Assembly (NCBI GenBank): GCA_001189165.1
Contig: LFCO01000001.1
Coordinates: 84,321-148,320 of the forward strand
Direction of reading: 5' to 3'
Length of the DNA: 64,000 nucleotides
DNA from: Parcubacteria bacterium C7867-005
GTDB lineage: Bacteria > Patescibacteriota > Minisyncoccia > Phycocordibacterales > Zambryskibacteraceae
How positions within the stretch are numbered: position 1 is the first letter of the stretch; each line of letters begins with the position of its first letter. A model generated the notes under the pieces. The model saw only the letters and a program-made list of their open reading frames with translations, was not told the origin of the DNA and searched no databases. The translations under genes were made by a program, and so were the position numbers. This document shows, piece after piece, positions 46,784 through 56,527 of the stretch.

Positions 46784-48058
46784 TTAATTCACTTCCCCCA
46801 TGAATGGTATACGGGATCTATTTTTAAAATTTGTTATTTCAACACTTTTTGTTTTTTGCTCCTTTTGGTCAAAAACATCATTTTGGCCCCCGGTCGACAT
46901 CATGCTTGATCCAAGCATCAACATACCCTTGCCATACCTCTTTTTGACCTTGTCGAAGGCCTTGAACACATCGTCCCATCTGTTTATTCGTTTAAATGAC
47001 CCGAACAGGTCATTTGAGACGTGGTCTGGATCAACTAATACAGATAAAGTAACCCCAGAGGCCCTATAAAAAAGATTTGGTTCGTAGATATGTTCAAAAG
47101 TCTTTTTAATTTCTTCCAAAACTAAAGACGGATTAGAAAGAGCATTCGTCAGAGGTATTTCTTGTCTATGGTATTTGAACTCAGCTGTTTTCAAAAAATA
47201 ATGTATTTTTTTGGATGCGACACCAGCCGTCCTTGCTCGCGTACACACTTCTTCAACATTCTTTGATAATTCTCCAAAGATAGTATTTCGGTTGGTGGTC
47301 TTTGGGAAAGTTCTAGTGCTTTGGATGCTTTGCTGTTCGTCTTCGTTTTTAGTGCTATGTAGTTTGTATACAGATGTACCACGCAGTTCATGCCAAGTTT
47401 CGAGTTGTGGTAAGGATAGATTATCTTTTACCCACTCCCCGCTCTTATTTATAAAATCAAGAGCTGTTCGTATGCCTAATCTTTGGATTTTTAGAGTGGT
47501 CTGTGGACCGATACCCCAAACCTTGCCTATAGGTAGGTCGTGCAGAAATGATTCTATGTTTATAAAGTTAATGATTGTTAAGCCGTTTGGTTTTTGGTGC
47601 TTGGAGGCAATTTTGGCTAATACTTTGGTAGGGGCAATACCTATGGAGAATGTTACCCCGAGCTCTTTTTCCAATGCTTGTTGTATTTCTTTGCCTGTAT
47701 TTATTGGATCTGTCGATAAGTTAGTTATATCTGCAAAGCATTCGTCCACAGAATACTCTTCTACTGACGCTGTGTACCGCCTGACTATCTCATACATTCT
47801 GTGTGCAAATATTTTGTAGTTTTTATAATTTGAATTTACAACTATTGCTTGCGGGTACAGTTTCTTGATTTGAAATACAGGCATGCCTCTAAAGATGCCG
47901 AGGGCTTTGGCTTCTGTGTTCATGGAAGTGGCTATACCCCTTTCCATGCCCGTAACCACAGGCTTCCCTCTCAAGCTTGGATTTAAAGAGATCTCACATG
48001 AAGCAAAAAATGAATCTCCATCTACGTGTAAAATAGTTTTCTGCATTCTTACTAGCAT
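46784..48058 (-). CDS. dinB: DNA polymerase IV (Y-family)
   Basis: ILHVDGDSFFASCE, SIGIAPTKVLAKIAS and the little-finger domain. Confidence 0.85.
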   Translation of the reverse strand: MLVRMQKTILHVDGDSFFASCEISLNPSLRGKPVVTGMERGIATSMNTEAKALGIFRGMPVFQIKKLYPQAIVVNSNYKNYKIFAHRMYEIVRRYTASVEEYSVDECFADITNLSTDPINTGKEIQQALEKELGVTFSIGIAPTKVLAKIASKHQKPNGLTIINFINIESFLHDLPIGKVWGIGPQTTLKIQRLGIRTALDFINKSGEWVKDNLSLPQLETWHELRGTSVYKLHSTKNEDEQQSIQSTRTFPKTTNRNTIFGELSKNVEEVCTRARTAGVASKKIHYFLKTAEFKYHRQEIPLTNALSNPSLVLEEIKKTFEHIYEPNLFYRASGVTLSVLVDPDHVSNDLFGSFKRINRWDDVFKAFDKVKKRYGKGMLMLGSSMMSTGGQNDVFDQKEQKTKSVEITNFKNRSRIPFMGEVN

Positions 48059-48082
48059 AGCATCCTCTGTTTTGTATTAAGA

Positions 48083-48104
48083 AAGCCACCCTTTCGGGTG
48101 GCTT
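48083..48104. terminator. hairpin aagccaccc-tttc-gggtggctt between dinB and high-GC gene set G
   Basis: Perfect 9-bp stem. Read on the minus strand it is followed by ttcttaatac. Confidence 0.5.
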
Positions 48105-48108
48105 GTGG

Positions 48109-48444
48109 TCAGAGCCTGCTGTATTCGACGTGCGCGAGGCTGAGCCGGAGCTGTATCAGGTTGCTCTTCATCCCGACGCCTCTCGCTGTCTTCTTGACCC
48201 ATGCCCCGATCTGCTGGTGCCGTTCAGCGAGGTCCTTGTTGTTCCGCCATTCTTGGAAATTGCCCGAGATGTCGATGAAGATGTCGAGTTCCCCACGGGC
48301 CGGAACCTCGATGAGAACCACGTTCTTCACCACCAGAGCCTCGATCACCGCGGTTCTGATTCCCCGCCGGAAACTCGCCATGAATCTCTTGACCTCGGCC
48401 CTCTCCTTGATCATCTCGTGGGTGTAGACCGTCACAAGCGGCAT
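48109..48444 (-). CDS. hypothetical protein, possibly tautomerase-superfamily-like (N-terminal Met-Pro); high GC
   Basis: The ORF extends to 48492. An internal start gives MPLVTVYTHEMIKERAEVKRF.., about 111 aa, beta-alpha-beta-like. The family assignment is speculative. Confidence 0.3.
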   Translation of the reverse strand: MPLVTVYTHEMIKERAEVKRFMASFRRGIRTAVIEALVVKNVVLIEVPARGELDIFIDISGNFQEWRNNKDLAERHQQIGAWVKKTARGVGMKSNLIQLRLSLAHVEYSRL

Positions 48445-48540
48445 GGAGCCCTCCTCATGGGTTTGGGGTGGTTTTGGTTCCGCCGACAACAATACTGTTT
48501 GTTTTGAATTTGGTCAATATCACTATTTTTATACTAAGAA

Positions 48541-48563
48541 AGCCGAATCACTTGGATTCGGCT
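48541..48563. terminator. hairpin agccgaatc-acttg-gattcggct plus TTTT
   Basis: Perfect 9-bp stem overlapping the stop of the zinc-ribbon micro-ORF. Confidence 0.5.
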
Positions 48564-48691
48564 TTTGGCTCTGGATGTTCGGGGGCCACGTAGCCACAAC
48601 TTCCGCACTCCAGCTTCTTCTCGTTCCAAGCCGGAGGTTTCTTGCCGCATTTCGGGCACTTCACTTCGGCCGGCGCATCATCCTCTTTCAA
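48548..48691 (-). CDS. unannotated 47-aa zinc-ribbon micro-protein (CPKCG..CGSCG), high GC
   Basis: Minus-strand TTG start with GGAGG 4 nt upstream, 19 nt after the stop of the upstream gene. Translation LKEDDAPAEVKCPKCGKKPPAWNEKKLECGSCGYVAPEHPEPKAESK. Below the 60-aa cutoff of the ORF track. Confidence 0.45.
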   Translation of the reverse strand: MKEDDAPAEVKCPKCGKKPPAWNEKKLECGSCGYVAPEHPEPKAESK

Positions 48692-48710
48692 GGGTCCTCC
48701 GCGAGTGGTG

Positions 48711-49091
48711 TCAGTACGGGTTCATGAACATGATGGCCAAATTGATGTCTCGAGAGTAATTCGGCACAGCATCAGTCCATGTCATCATCTTGCGAACCCA
48801 ACGGTTGGGTCCTTCCTTGCCGATGATGATGAAGTTCGGATTCGCCCACGACCTTCCTCGCTCATTGTGCCTCGCGGTTTTTTCCTCCGCGAACCTGATG
48901 AGCTTGCCGAGCTCTTCTTCGTTGTAGTCACCGGGGTCACCCACGATGGCGACGATGGATGACCACTCCGCATCTGACTTCGGCAGAGGCGCTTCGTGTC
49001 CAGCGAGGTTCTTCACATGGAAACGCCCGCAGGAATCCTTCGTGGCTCGCGGCAGCTTCTGTGCCGCTTCGAGCAAGGTCGCAAGTGTCAA
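48711..49091 (-). CDS. hypothetical protein (high GC), TTG start
   Basis: 126 aa; AGAGGA RBS 7 nt before the TTG. No recognised family. Confidence 0.4.
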   Translation of the reverse strand: MTLATLLEAAQKLPRATKDSCGRFHVKNLAGHEAPLPKSDAEWSSIVAIVGDPGDYNEEELGKLIRFAEEKTARHNERGRSWANPNFIIIGKEGPNRWVRKMMTWTDAVPNYSRDINLAIMFMNPY

Positions 49092-49289
49092 GCTGAAATC
49101 CTCTCATCTAAGGGTTTGTGCTTCTACGAATGTCCTTCAGCACAGTACCACAAAAACTCAAAATATCAAATTAATCGATCAAGCCTTCCCACCATTTGAA
49201 AGTAAATTGCATGAATACGTACATCGTCCCATAAATCGGTAGAAGCAGAAAAAATAGAAATTTTTTGAAACCTTTCATGGCCGTATAAG

Positions 49290-49580
49290 TTATTTCTGTA
49301 TTGGAGTGACGTTCTTCTCTCCCCAATCAAGGAATAGTTCAAAAGTATGCCAAACAAGACTAAACACAGGCCAAACTATTTTCTCCCAAATAAAGATTAC
49401 TGGTGCAGAGATGTAACCCCACACAACATTAAACACCCGACCAATATAGCTTGTTGTCTCTTGCCCCTGTTCTGAGCTTACAGCGTCGAAGATAGACCAA
49501 TCCAAAAAGTATTTGAGTAAAATCAAAGCGATTATTATAAGTATAACCTTGCCTATAATTCCTTTCTGCTTTTGATTCAT
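49290..49580 (-). CDS. small membrane protein (hypothetical)
   Basis: 96 aa, 2-3 TM helices, backbone GC. Confidence 0.35.
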   Translation of the reverse strand: MNQKQKGIIGKVILIIIALILLKYFLDWSIFDAVSSEQGQETTSYIGRVFNVVWGYISAPVIFIWEKIVWPVFSLVWHTFELFLDWGEKNVTPIQK

Positions 49581-49595
49581 GATGACTTAAGTCTA

Positions 49596-50891
49596 TTAGA
49601 GCGCTGGGAGGTATGCAAGCGGATCAAGGTATCCAGCAGGTCCAGCTTTGGAGATAGGTATATAAACATTTTTACAATTAATGCTGTTTGAGTACAGCTC
49701 CACACTGACCGCCTGGGTGACATACAAACCAAAATGTAGATGTGGACCGGTTGAATATCCTGAACCGTTTCCTCCTATAGCACCACCCGAATATCCTATT
49801 ATTTGACCCGTCGATACTTTTTGACCAACAGTAACAAGTGAATTTGATAGGTGGCTATAGAAAGAAGATAGGCCGTTGTCGTGCCTGACCAGTAACCACC
49901 TTCCGTAGGATTTACATGATTTGGATAAATCAGTGTTACCCGATCCGGTGACAACACCATCCTTCACAGACAATACTGCGCTTCCAACAGAAGCGGCAAA
50001 ATCTACACCACTATGACTCTGTGACGTATAAAGACGCTTTGCATCTACAGTAGCTCCGAACATTTGAGTTACTCTGATTTTTTCAAGTGGCCAAGCTAAC
50101 ACAGCCGGCGAGGCTTCTGGTATGAGGTTTGGATCGAGCACTAGTTTTAATTGAGATTCAAAGTTGAAGAGATCTGATTCAAATTTTTTCTGGTTCGCGA
50201 TATTTTCTGAGAGCATCTTCTGATACTCCGCTTCTTTGTTTTTGGTTTGAATTAGAAGGGCGGTCTGGTTAGCTTGAGTAACCTCTACTACCTTTTTTTG
50301 GCCACCGAGTTCAGTATTAAAGTTCTGTAGTTCTTTTTTTGTTTTTTCTTTTTTGTCCCTCTCTATCTCCAGAGCATTTTTTGTTGCCCTCAGGAAGGCT
50401 ATTTCTTCACCCAGTCCATCCTGCAGGTCTCCCAAGGCGCTTCTGTCGTGCCACACCTCAGATATTTTCTTATAGGTCAAAAGGTCAGCTATCATTGACT
50501 TCGAGTCATAGCTTGCCAGTTTTTGGATGCTCATACTAATAGCTTTCTGGTGCGTGTCTATATCCCTTTCCTTTTCTGTCATAGAGTTCTCTAGGGATTT
50601 TATGTTCAGCTCTGCCCCATTGATTTTTGATTTAGTTACTTTGATATCCGTTTCCAGTTTTTTTCTGGTCGCATCGAGAGATTTGACAGTGCCTTGGAGG
50701 GTTTTACCTTGGTTGTTTAATATATCGAGCCCTTTCTGAAGTTTTATTTGTTCTTCTTGGAGTTTTTGTTTTTGAATATTTGCTTCCTCTATTTTCTGTC
50801 TAAGGCTGTCTGCTGTTTCTGCGACAACAAATTGAGGCACCAAAAAAAGCATCATCAAACATATAAAGAGTATCTTTATATTTTTTTGCAT
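49596..50891 (-). CDS. M23-family peptidoglycan endopeptidase with N-terminal coiled coil (EnvC-like)
   Basis: Signal peptide, ~250-aa coiled coil, HSGVDFAA..GPHLHFGLY M23 motifs. Confidence 0.8.
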   Translation of the reverse strand: MQKNIKILFICLMMLFLVPQFVVAETADSLRQKIEEANIQKQKLQEEQIKLQKGLDILNNQGKTLQGTVKSLDATRKKLETDIKVTKSKINGAELNIKSLENSMTEKERDIDTHQKAISMSIQKLASYDSKSMIADLLTYKKISEVWHDRSALGDLQDGLGEEIAFLRATKNALEIERDKKEKTKKELQNFNTELGGQKKVVEVTQANQTALLIQTKNKEAEYQKMLSENIANQKKFESDLFNFESQLKLVLDPNLIPEASPAVLAWPLEKIRVTQMFGATVDAKRLYTSQSHSGVDFAASVGSAVLSVKDGVVTGSGNTDLSKSCKSYGRWLLVRHDNGLSSFYSHLSNSLVTVGQKVSTGQIIGYSGGAIGGNGSGYSTGPHLHFGLYVTQAVSVELYSNSINCKNVYIPISKAGPAGYLDPLAYLPAL

Positions 50892-50892
50892 T

Positions 50893-52200
50893 TTATTCCA
50901 AAAGTTTTATAGCCTTTTCTATTCTCTTCTCAGTTTTATCTTGACCTAGCAAACTCATAAGGGTGAATGGATCCGGTGACTTTTCTCTTCCGGATAGGGC
51001 ATAGCGTAGAGGCCAAAGCACATCGCCCTTCCCCACCTCTTCTGCGTATTTCATGATGCCGTCTTTATTCCCCACCATCTTTACTACATGCTTTAGATGT
51101 TCCAAAGTTTTTTCTTTTGTTGAGTTTTTCCAGATTATTTTTTCTAAATTTAAATCTGGCTCCATAAACACGTAATCGATTTCCCCGTCAGCAATTAGTA
51201 TGTCTATATCAGAGAGAATATCAATGCGTTCAAGGATCAAATCGACGATTTTTTCTGGCACAGACACATCAGGGAATTTTTCCAAGATTTTCTGTGTTAC
51301 CACACTGGACAGTTCCTCCTTGGGCAACATCTTCAAATGCTCACGGTTTATCCAGCGCAGTTTCTTCTCATCAAATATAGCTCCGCCCTTTTGGACCTTG
51401 TCGATGTCAAAAGCTTCTACCAATTCGCTCAAGCTGAATATTTCTTTCTCCGTACCGGGATTCCATCCGAGGAGGGCATAAAAGTTTAAAAGAGCATCAG
51501 ATAAATATCCTTGATTCTTATAGTACTCAACCCACACTGCTTCGCCGTGCTTTCTCTTTGATAGCTTCTTTCTATCCGCGTCTAATATGAGGGGTAAATG
51601 GGCATATATAGGCCTATTTGCCCCTATAGCCTCCTGTATGAGGATCTGGCGAGGGGTATTGGAGATGTGGTCCTCACCACGAATTACGTGGGTTACTCCC
51701 ATCTCATGGTCATCCACAACTACAGCCAGATGATAGAGGGGTTCCTCGGGGCTTTTGGCGATGACGAAGTCCTTTAGTTCTGTGGTATCGAACTCCACCT
51801 CCCCTCTTATCAGGTCATCAAATTTTATTTTCTTATTTGGATTTTTAAATCTAACCACCTCACTTCTCTGTCCTTCTTCCTGTGGTTCTTCTTTGGATAT
51901 ATAGGCTGTCCCATTGTCGAGCATTTTTTGAACATAATTCTTATACACCTCAGTCCTTTCTGATTGTCTAAAAAATTCATCACAGGTTAATCCAAGCCAA
52001 GATAGCCCGTCCAAAATATTCTTCTCAAATTCTTTAGTAGATCGTTCCTTGTCTGTGTCTTCAATACGCAGGATAAACTTGCCTCCATATTTTTTGGCAA
52101 AGAGATAGTTAAACAACGTAGTGCGCGCCGTACCCACGTGCAAGTTTCCCGTTGGTGATGGTGCCATCCTCACTACAATTTTTTTGTTTGGATCAATCAT
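50893..52200 (-). CDS. gltX: glutamyl-tRNA synthetase
   Basis: RMAPSPTGNLHVGTARTTLFNYLFAKKYGGKFILRIEDTD and KLSKR. Confidence 0.85.
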   Translation of the reverse strand: MIDPNKKIVVRMAPSPTGNLHVGTARTTLFNYLFAKKYGGKFILRIEDTDKERSTKEFEKNILDGLSWLGLTCDEFFRQSERTEVYKNYVQKMLDNGTAYISKEEPQEEGQRSEVVRFKNPNKKIKFDDLIRGEVEFDTTELKDFVIAKSPEEPLYHLAVVVDDHEMGVTHVIRGEDHISNTPRQILIQEAIGANRPIYAHLPLILDADRKKLSKRKHGEAVWVEYYKNQGYLSDALLNFYALLGWNPGTEKEIFSLSELVEAFDIDKVQKGGAIFDEKKLRWINREHLKMLPKEELSSVVTQKILEKFPDVSVPEKIVDLILERIDILSDIDILIADGEIDYVFMEPDLNLEKIIWKNSTKEKTLEHLKHVVKMVGNKDGIMKYAEEVGKGDVLWPLRYALSGREKSPDPFTLMSLLGQDKTEKRIEKAIKLLE

Positions 52201-53330
52201 GATTCTATCTCGTGAGAAAGTGCGATCTTCAGTATCTCTTCTGCTATCTCGTGCGCTGCTGTTGGTTTATAAAACGCCTTAGCTGCTTGCTTCATCCTCT
52301 CTCTTTCCACAGGGTTGTTCACTAGGCGATCGATCTCTGATGCCAAAATACTTGCAGTGAGGTTCTGCTCTTCTATAACTTCTCCAGCACCGGACCTCGC
52401 ATAAGCGAAAGCATTTGATCTTTGGTCATGGCTCACTGATTCAGGTATAGGGATGATGATTGAAGGTGTTCCCCAAGCGGCTATTTCAAATATTGTTGAT
52501 CCAGCTCTGGACACAACTACATCTGCCACACCAGCGGCCATACGCATCGCAAGTGGGTTTAAATAGTCAAATGGTTTGTATCTGTCTTTGTGTTCAGAGT
52601 TTATAAGGACCGCTTCACTCGTTGATTTTGATTCAGCGATATTGTTTTTGCCTGTCTGATGTATTATCGAATATTTTTTTACTAGCTCAGGTAGTCCTTC
52701 AAGTAAAATATCATTTATACTCTCTGCTCCTTGTGAACCGCCGAGGACAAGGATCACAGGGACACCCTCTTCGAGTTTTAGGTATTCTCTGGCTCCCTCT
52801 GATATGGGCACGGTCAGATCTTTCCTTACGGGATTTCCAGTATGCGCAACTTTTTCTTTAGGGAAATATTCTGCTGCTTCAGGGTATGAGATAGCGATTT
52901 TTTCTGCAAATTTTCCAGCCCACAAATTAACCTTGCCTGGTTTAGTATCTGATTCGTGTATAACCACGGGTATACGAAGAATTCTTGCTGCTACGAGCGT
53001 TGGGAAGCTCCCATACCCCCCTTTGCCAAAGATAACGTCTGGATATATTTTGTAGACTTCATAAAGTGAACCCAGGATTCCCCAAGCAGTTTTGAACAGA
53101 TCAAAAAAATTCAATATTGAAAAATATCTGCGGAGTTTACCAGCACTATTTTTTTTGTAAGCTATGTCCTTTTCAAACAGTAGTCCCGCATTATATGGAG
53201 TTGGGGACATGTAGAACAATTCTGGTTCTAGCAGTCGTTTCTCCTTGGTTATGTTTTTTATCTCATCCGCGATAGCGATGATTGGATAAAAATGTCCACC
53301 GGTTCCTCCTCCAGTAAAAAGTATTCTCAT
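52197..53330 (-). CDS. murG: UDP-GlcNAc:lipid I GlcNAc transferase
   Basis: ILFTGGGTGGHFYPIIAIADE and the C-terminal GT28 domain. Confidence 0.85.
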   Translation of the reverse strand: MRILFTGGGTGGHFYPIIAIADEIKNITKEKRLLEPELFYMSPTPYNAGLLFEKDIAYKKNSAGKLRRYFSILNFFDLFKTAWGILGSLYEVYKIYPDVIFGKGGYGSFPTLVAARILRIPVVIHESDTKPGKVNLWAGKFAEKIAISYPEAAEYFPKEKVAHTGNPVRKDLTVPISEGAREYLKLEEGVPVILVLGGSQGAESINDILLEGLPELVKKYSIIHQTGKNNIAESKSTSEAVLINSEHKDRYKPFDYLNPLAMRMAAGVADVVVSRAGSTIFEIAAWGTPSIIIPIPESVSHDQRSNAFAYARSGAGEVIEEQNLTASILASEIDRLVNNPVERERMKQAAKAFYKPTAAHEIAEEILKIALSHEIES

Positions 53331-54433
53331 GTGCGTTGTGTGACTTGGGTTTTAGATATAGAGAGGACGATACCAACTTCAAGTAAGGTGATAAAAAGCG
53401 ATGTGCCACCATGACTGACAAAAGGCAAAGTAATCCCCGAGAGTGGAATAACCCCAAGCATGGCTCCTATATTCACAAACGCTTGGCAGACTATCATTAT
53501 AACAATTCCCACAACCAAGAGTCTACCGAACTGATCAGGAACCCTCGAGGCTATTTTGAGTCCCCTGGTAGCAAAAAATACAAACAAAACTATCAAAGTA
53601 GTCGCTCCGACGAAACCAAATTCTTCTGCTTGCACTGCAAAGATAGAATCTCCAATCGGTTCAGGTAAAAAGTTAAATTTTTGGACACTTTGGCCAAACC
53701 CCCTACCAAACAATCCCCCCGATCCAATGGCTATGAGTGATTGTTGTATTTGATAGCTTGAGCCTCTTGCATTATCTCCCGGTTTCAAAAAAGTACTGAT
53801 ACGCTCCATGACATACGGCCTGGTTAGTGCGAGCAGGATGATGCCGATTATCCCAGATAAAATCAAAAGAGAAAGATGCCTCCACTTCCCTCCTCCGGCG
53901 AGGAATATAGCCAAACCAGAGCAGATGATCATCATAAAAGTATCAGTGTCTGGTTGTAGGAGAAGTAATATCCCAGAGATTACAAATAAGATAATTAAAG
54001 GTAGTAAACCAAATTTAAATGTTTCCATCTTGCTTTTGACGCTTGATACCCAAGCAGCAAAATAGATAATAAAACCAAGCTTTAGTATTTCAGACGGTTG
54101 AAAAGAAAATCCCCAAATATAGAACCATCTCCTGGCCCCATTGTGCTCGAATCCAAGTTGGGGGATGAGGACGAGGATGTTCAGTGCAATGGCTAGAAAC
54201 AAAAGATAAAAAGCATACGTTTTCCATATTTTGTGGTCTATCTTTGACACCACGAGCATAGCTACTGAACCCAAAAATAAACCCAAAACAGTTTGTGAGA
54301 AGGCTATGGAAGAATATTTGTCGCTGCTCTTAGCAAGTATACCTAGGGATGCAGAACTAAATATAAAAAAACCAGCGATCATCAGTATGATGATCGAAAA
54401 TAGAAATGGTTTGTCTACCTTCCACTTTTTCAT
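53327..54433 (-). CDS. ftsW: SEDS-family peptidoglycan polymerase (FtsW/RodA)
   Basis: 10-TM SEDS pattern, located between mraY and murG. Confidence 0.75.
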   Translation of the reverse strand: MKKWKVDKPFLFSIIILMIAGFFIFSSASLGILAKSSDKYSSIAFSQTVLGLFLGSVAMLVVSKIDHKIWKTYAFYLLFLAIALNILVLIPQLGFEHNGARRWFYIWGFSFQPSEILKLGFIIYFAAWVSSVKSKMETFKFGLLPLIILFVISGILLLLQPDTDTFMMIICSGLAIFLAGGGKWRHLSLLILSGIIGIILLALTRPYVMERISTFLKPGDNARGSSYQIQQSLIAIGSGGLFGRGFGQSVQKFNFLPEPIGDSIFAVQAEEFGFVGATTLIVLFVFFATRGLKIASRVPDQFGRLLVVGIVIMIVCQAFVNIGAMLGVIPLSGITLPFVSHGGTSLFITLLEVGIVLSISKTQVTQRT

Positions 54434-54469
54434 GTGGCTATTATAGCACCGTGAATCCGATAAATAACT

Positions 54470-55552
54470 CTAGTCGAGGAGAGCAAGTACCAGACCAAGC
54501 ATCGCAAAGATAACAGATATGATCCAATACCGCATGGTTACTTTATAGGCGGGCCAGCCTATTGCTTCAAAATGATGGTGGAGCGGCGCTATCAAAAAAA
54601 CCTTTTTACCACCCCTCATCTTTTTAGATAAAACTTGAATTATGTTTGATAGAGTTGTGACCAAAAGTGGTAGGGCTATGATAGGTAAGACCAAAACCCC
54701 ATAACCTCCACCAATCGAATCTGTCATAAATGCCACAACAGCGAGTGTGATAGTTAGCCCCATACTCCCTGTCTCCGACATATAAAATCTCGCGGGTGGA
54801 ATGTTGTACCAGAGAAATGCGAGGATACCTCCAAGGACTACTGCGCAAAAGGCAGCTAGGTTTATCTGCTGTTGATAGAAAGCTATCCCCGCATAGGCAG
54901 CGAACATTGTGGCAAATGTTCCTCCTGCCAAACCGTCTATGCCGTCTATGACCCCACCAGAATAAAGTGCGAGCATCACTAATACAAAGAAAGGTATAAA
55001 GAATACTCCCAGATCAAGCACCCCCCAACTTTGTGGTAACCCGATTATATGAACATCTAATTTAAAATAAAACCAGAGAGCTGCTGCCAAACCGATAGTT
55101 GTGATGATGATAAGCCTCTTAGATAGGGACAATCCTCCAGCGGCATTATCTCCCCCTCCTTTAATTTCGAGGATATCGTCCACCAATCCAACTAATGCTC
55201 CAAAGATCAGAGTAAAAAGTGGAATCCAAGTCTGGTTCCTTGAGAGTAGATCGAGCTTAGAAAGGGTTAGGCTATCTGGAAATATATGACTCAAGATCCA
55301 AGTTCCAAGGACAGTGACAAGCACTGAGGCCCAGATAACAATGCCGCCCATCCTGGGTGTGCCAACTTCTTTTTCTTTGTGCAGTTCATTAAACACTGGA
55401 GTTCCTCCTCCGCCTATGCCAACATGTTTGCCAGATTTTTTCTTCCACATCTTATTTTTATAAAGATAGTCAGTGAGGATTGGGGCAAAAAACATACCCA
55501 AACCGAAGGCGATGATTGGAGGAGTGAATATTTTTACAACATCTATAATCAT
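54470..55552 (-). CDS. mraY: phospho-MurNAc-pentapeptide translocase
   Basis: Multi-TM with DDxxD-like and HHHFE motifs. Confidence 0.85.
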   Translation of the reverse strand: MIIDVVKIFTPPIIAFGLGMFFAPILTDYLYKNKMWKKKSGKHVGIGGGGTPVFNELHKEKEVGTPRMGGIVIWASVLVTVLGTWILSHIFPDSLTLSKLDLLSRNQTWIPLFTLIFGALVGLVDDILEIKGGGDNAAGGLSLSKRLIIITTIGLAAALWFYFKLDVHIIGLPQSWGVLDLGVFFIPFFVLVMLALYSGGVIDGIDGLAGGTFATMFAAYAGIAFYQQQINLAAFCAVVLGGILAFLWYNIPPARFYMSETGSMGLTITLAVVAFMTDSIGGGYGVLVLPIIALPLLVTTLSNIIQVLSKKMRGGKKVFLIAPLHHHFEAIGWPAYKVTMRYWIISVIFAMLGLVLALLD

Positions 55553-55561
55553 ATAGATAAA

Positions 55562-56527
55562 TTATAAGTTACTTATAGGTTCGGCTGAAAGGGATAACAG
55601 GGTGGCTCGCACCAGTTTCTCTACGTCTCTAAATCGTTCTTCAGCTGTTGAACCCAAAACAGAGATGATTATTGGCCTACCAAGTTCCGGGTCAAAGGCA
55701 ATCACCAAATTGCCACCAGCAATATCTGTAAAACCAGTTTTTGATCCTTTGATACCGGGAATGTCCGCTACTATTTGATCAGTATTGACCGCAGTATGAA
55801 CAAAATTATCCATGGACCTTATAGTGATAGTGTCATGTTTTGTAGCCTCGAGTAGATTTGGATTATTCTTTAGAATATAAGCGAACAGAGAGGCAACATC
55901 CTTTGCTGATCCATATGCACCGCCCTTCTTATCTGATTCATCTAGGCCGGTCTCATTAAAGAAATACGTATTTTTCATACCCAATTTGTTTGCCATGGTA
56001 TTCATAGAGTTGATGAAGTCCACCTCTTTTTCTTTGTCTGTAGCATCAGATTTGCCTATCGCACCCAAGGCAAGCGCCACAGCTTTGGTGCCATCGTTTG
56101 ATGAACTAGTAAGAGAAAAATCCAATAAATCCTTCAAGCTCCACCTCTCGCCGACCCTTAGACCACTGTCTCCATCTGTGCGGATTGCTTTGTTAGTTAT
56201 AGTAATGACACTTTCCTCTGGAGCGATGCTTATTGCCACTAGAGCAGACATAACTTTGGTTAGTGATGCGAGGGGCAGTCTCTCGGACTCGTTTTTGCTA
56301 TAAATTATTTTGTTTTCTCTTATATCAAAAACATATGCAGCTTTGGCATTTATTTCTACACTATCAAAAGGGTTTATGACTACTTCAGAAGGAACAGAGG
56401 TACCATCCCTCATAACTTTGTTACTCATGATGGTAGAGATTAATATGAGTGCGACCAAAAGAACGCCTAAGGCGGCGATAAAACGTAGTTCGTGCTTATT
56501 TGTCAGGATAGGTGTGTGTATGGTCAT
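55562..56527 (-). CDS. D-alanyl-D-alanine carboxypeptidase (S11, PBP5/6-like)
   Basis: ASLTKVM (SxxK), SSSN (SxN), KTGFT (KTG). Confidence 0.75.
   Translation of the reverse strand: MTIHTPILTNKHELRFIAALGVLLVALILISTIMSNKVMRDGTSVPSEVVINPFDSVEINAKAAYVFDIRENKIIYSKNESERLPLASLTKVMSALVAISIAPEESVITITNKAIRTDGDSGLRVGERWSLKDLLDFSLTSSSNDGTKAVALALGAIGKSDATDKEKEVDFINSMNTMANKLGMKNTYFFNETGLDESDKKGGAYGSAKDVASLFAYILKNNPNLLEATKHDTITIRSMDNFVHTAVNTDQIVADIPGIKGSKTGFTDIAGGNLVIAFDPELGRPIIISVLGSTAEERFRDVEKLVRATLLSLSAEPISNL

Noticed and set aside
47000-47040. Inverted repeat aaatgacc-cgaaca-ggtcattt as a candidate regulatory site
   Set aside because: It lies inside the dinB coding sequence and is most likely coincidental.
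48103-48962. Plus-strand ORFs 48103-48507, 48098-48427, 48443-48727, 48565-48759 and 48642-48962 in island G
   Set aside because: Opposite strand to the RBS-supported minus-strand genes. The terminator hairpins and RBS spacing fit the minus-strand operon.
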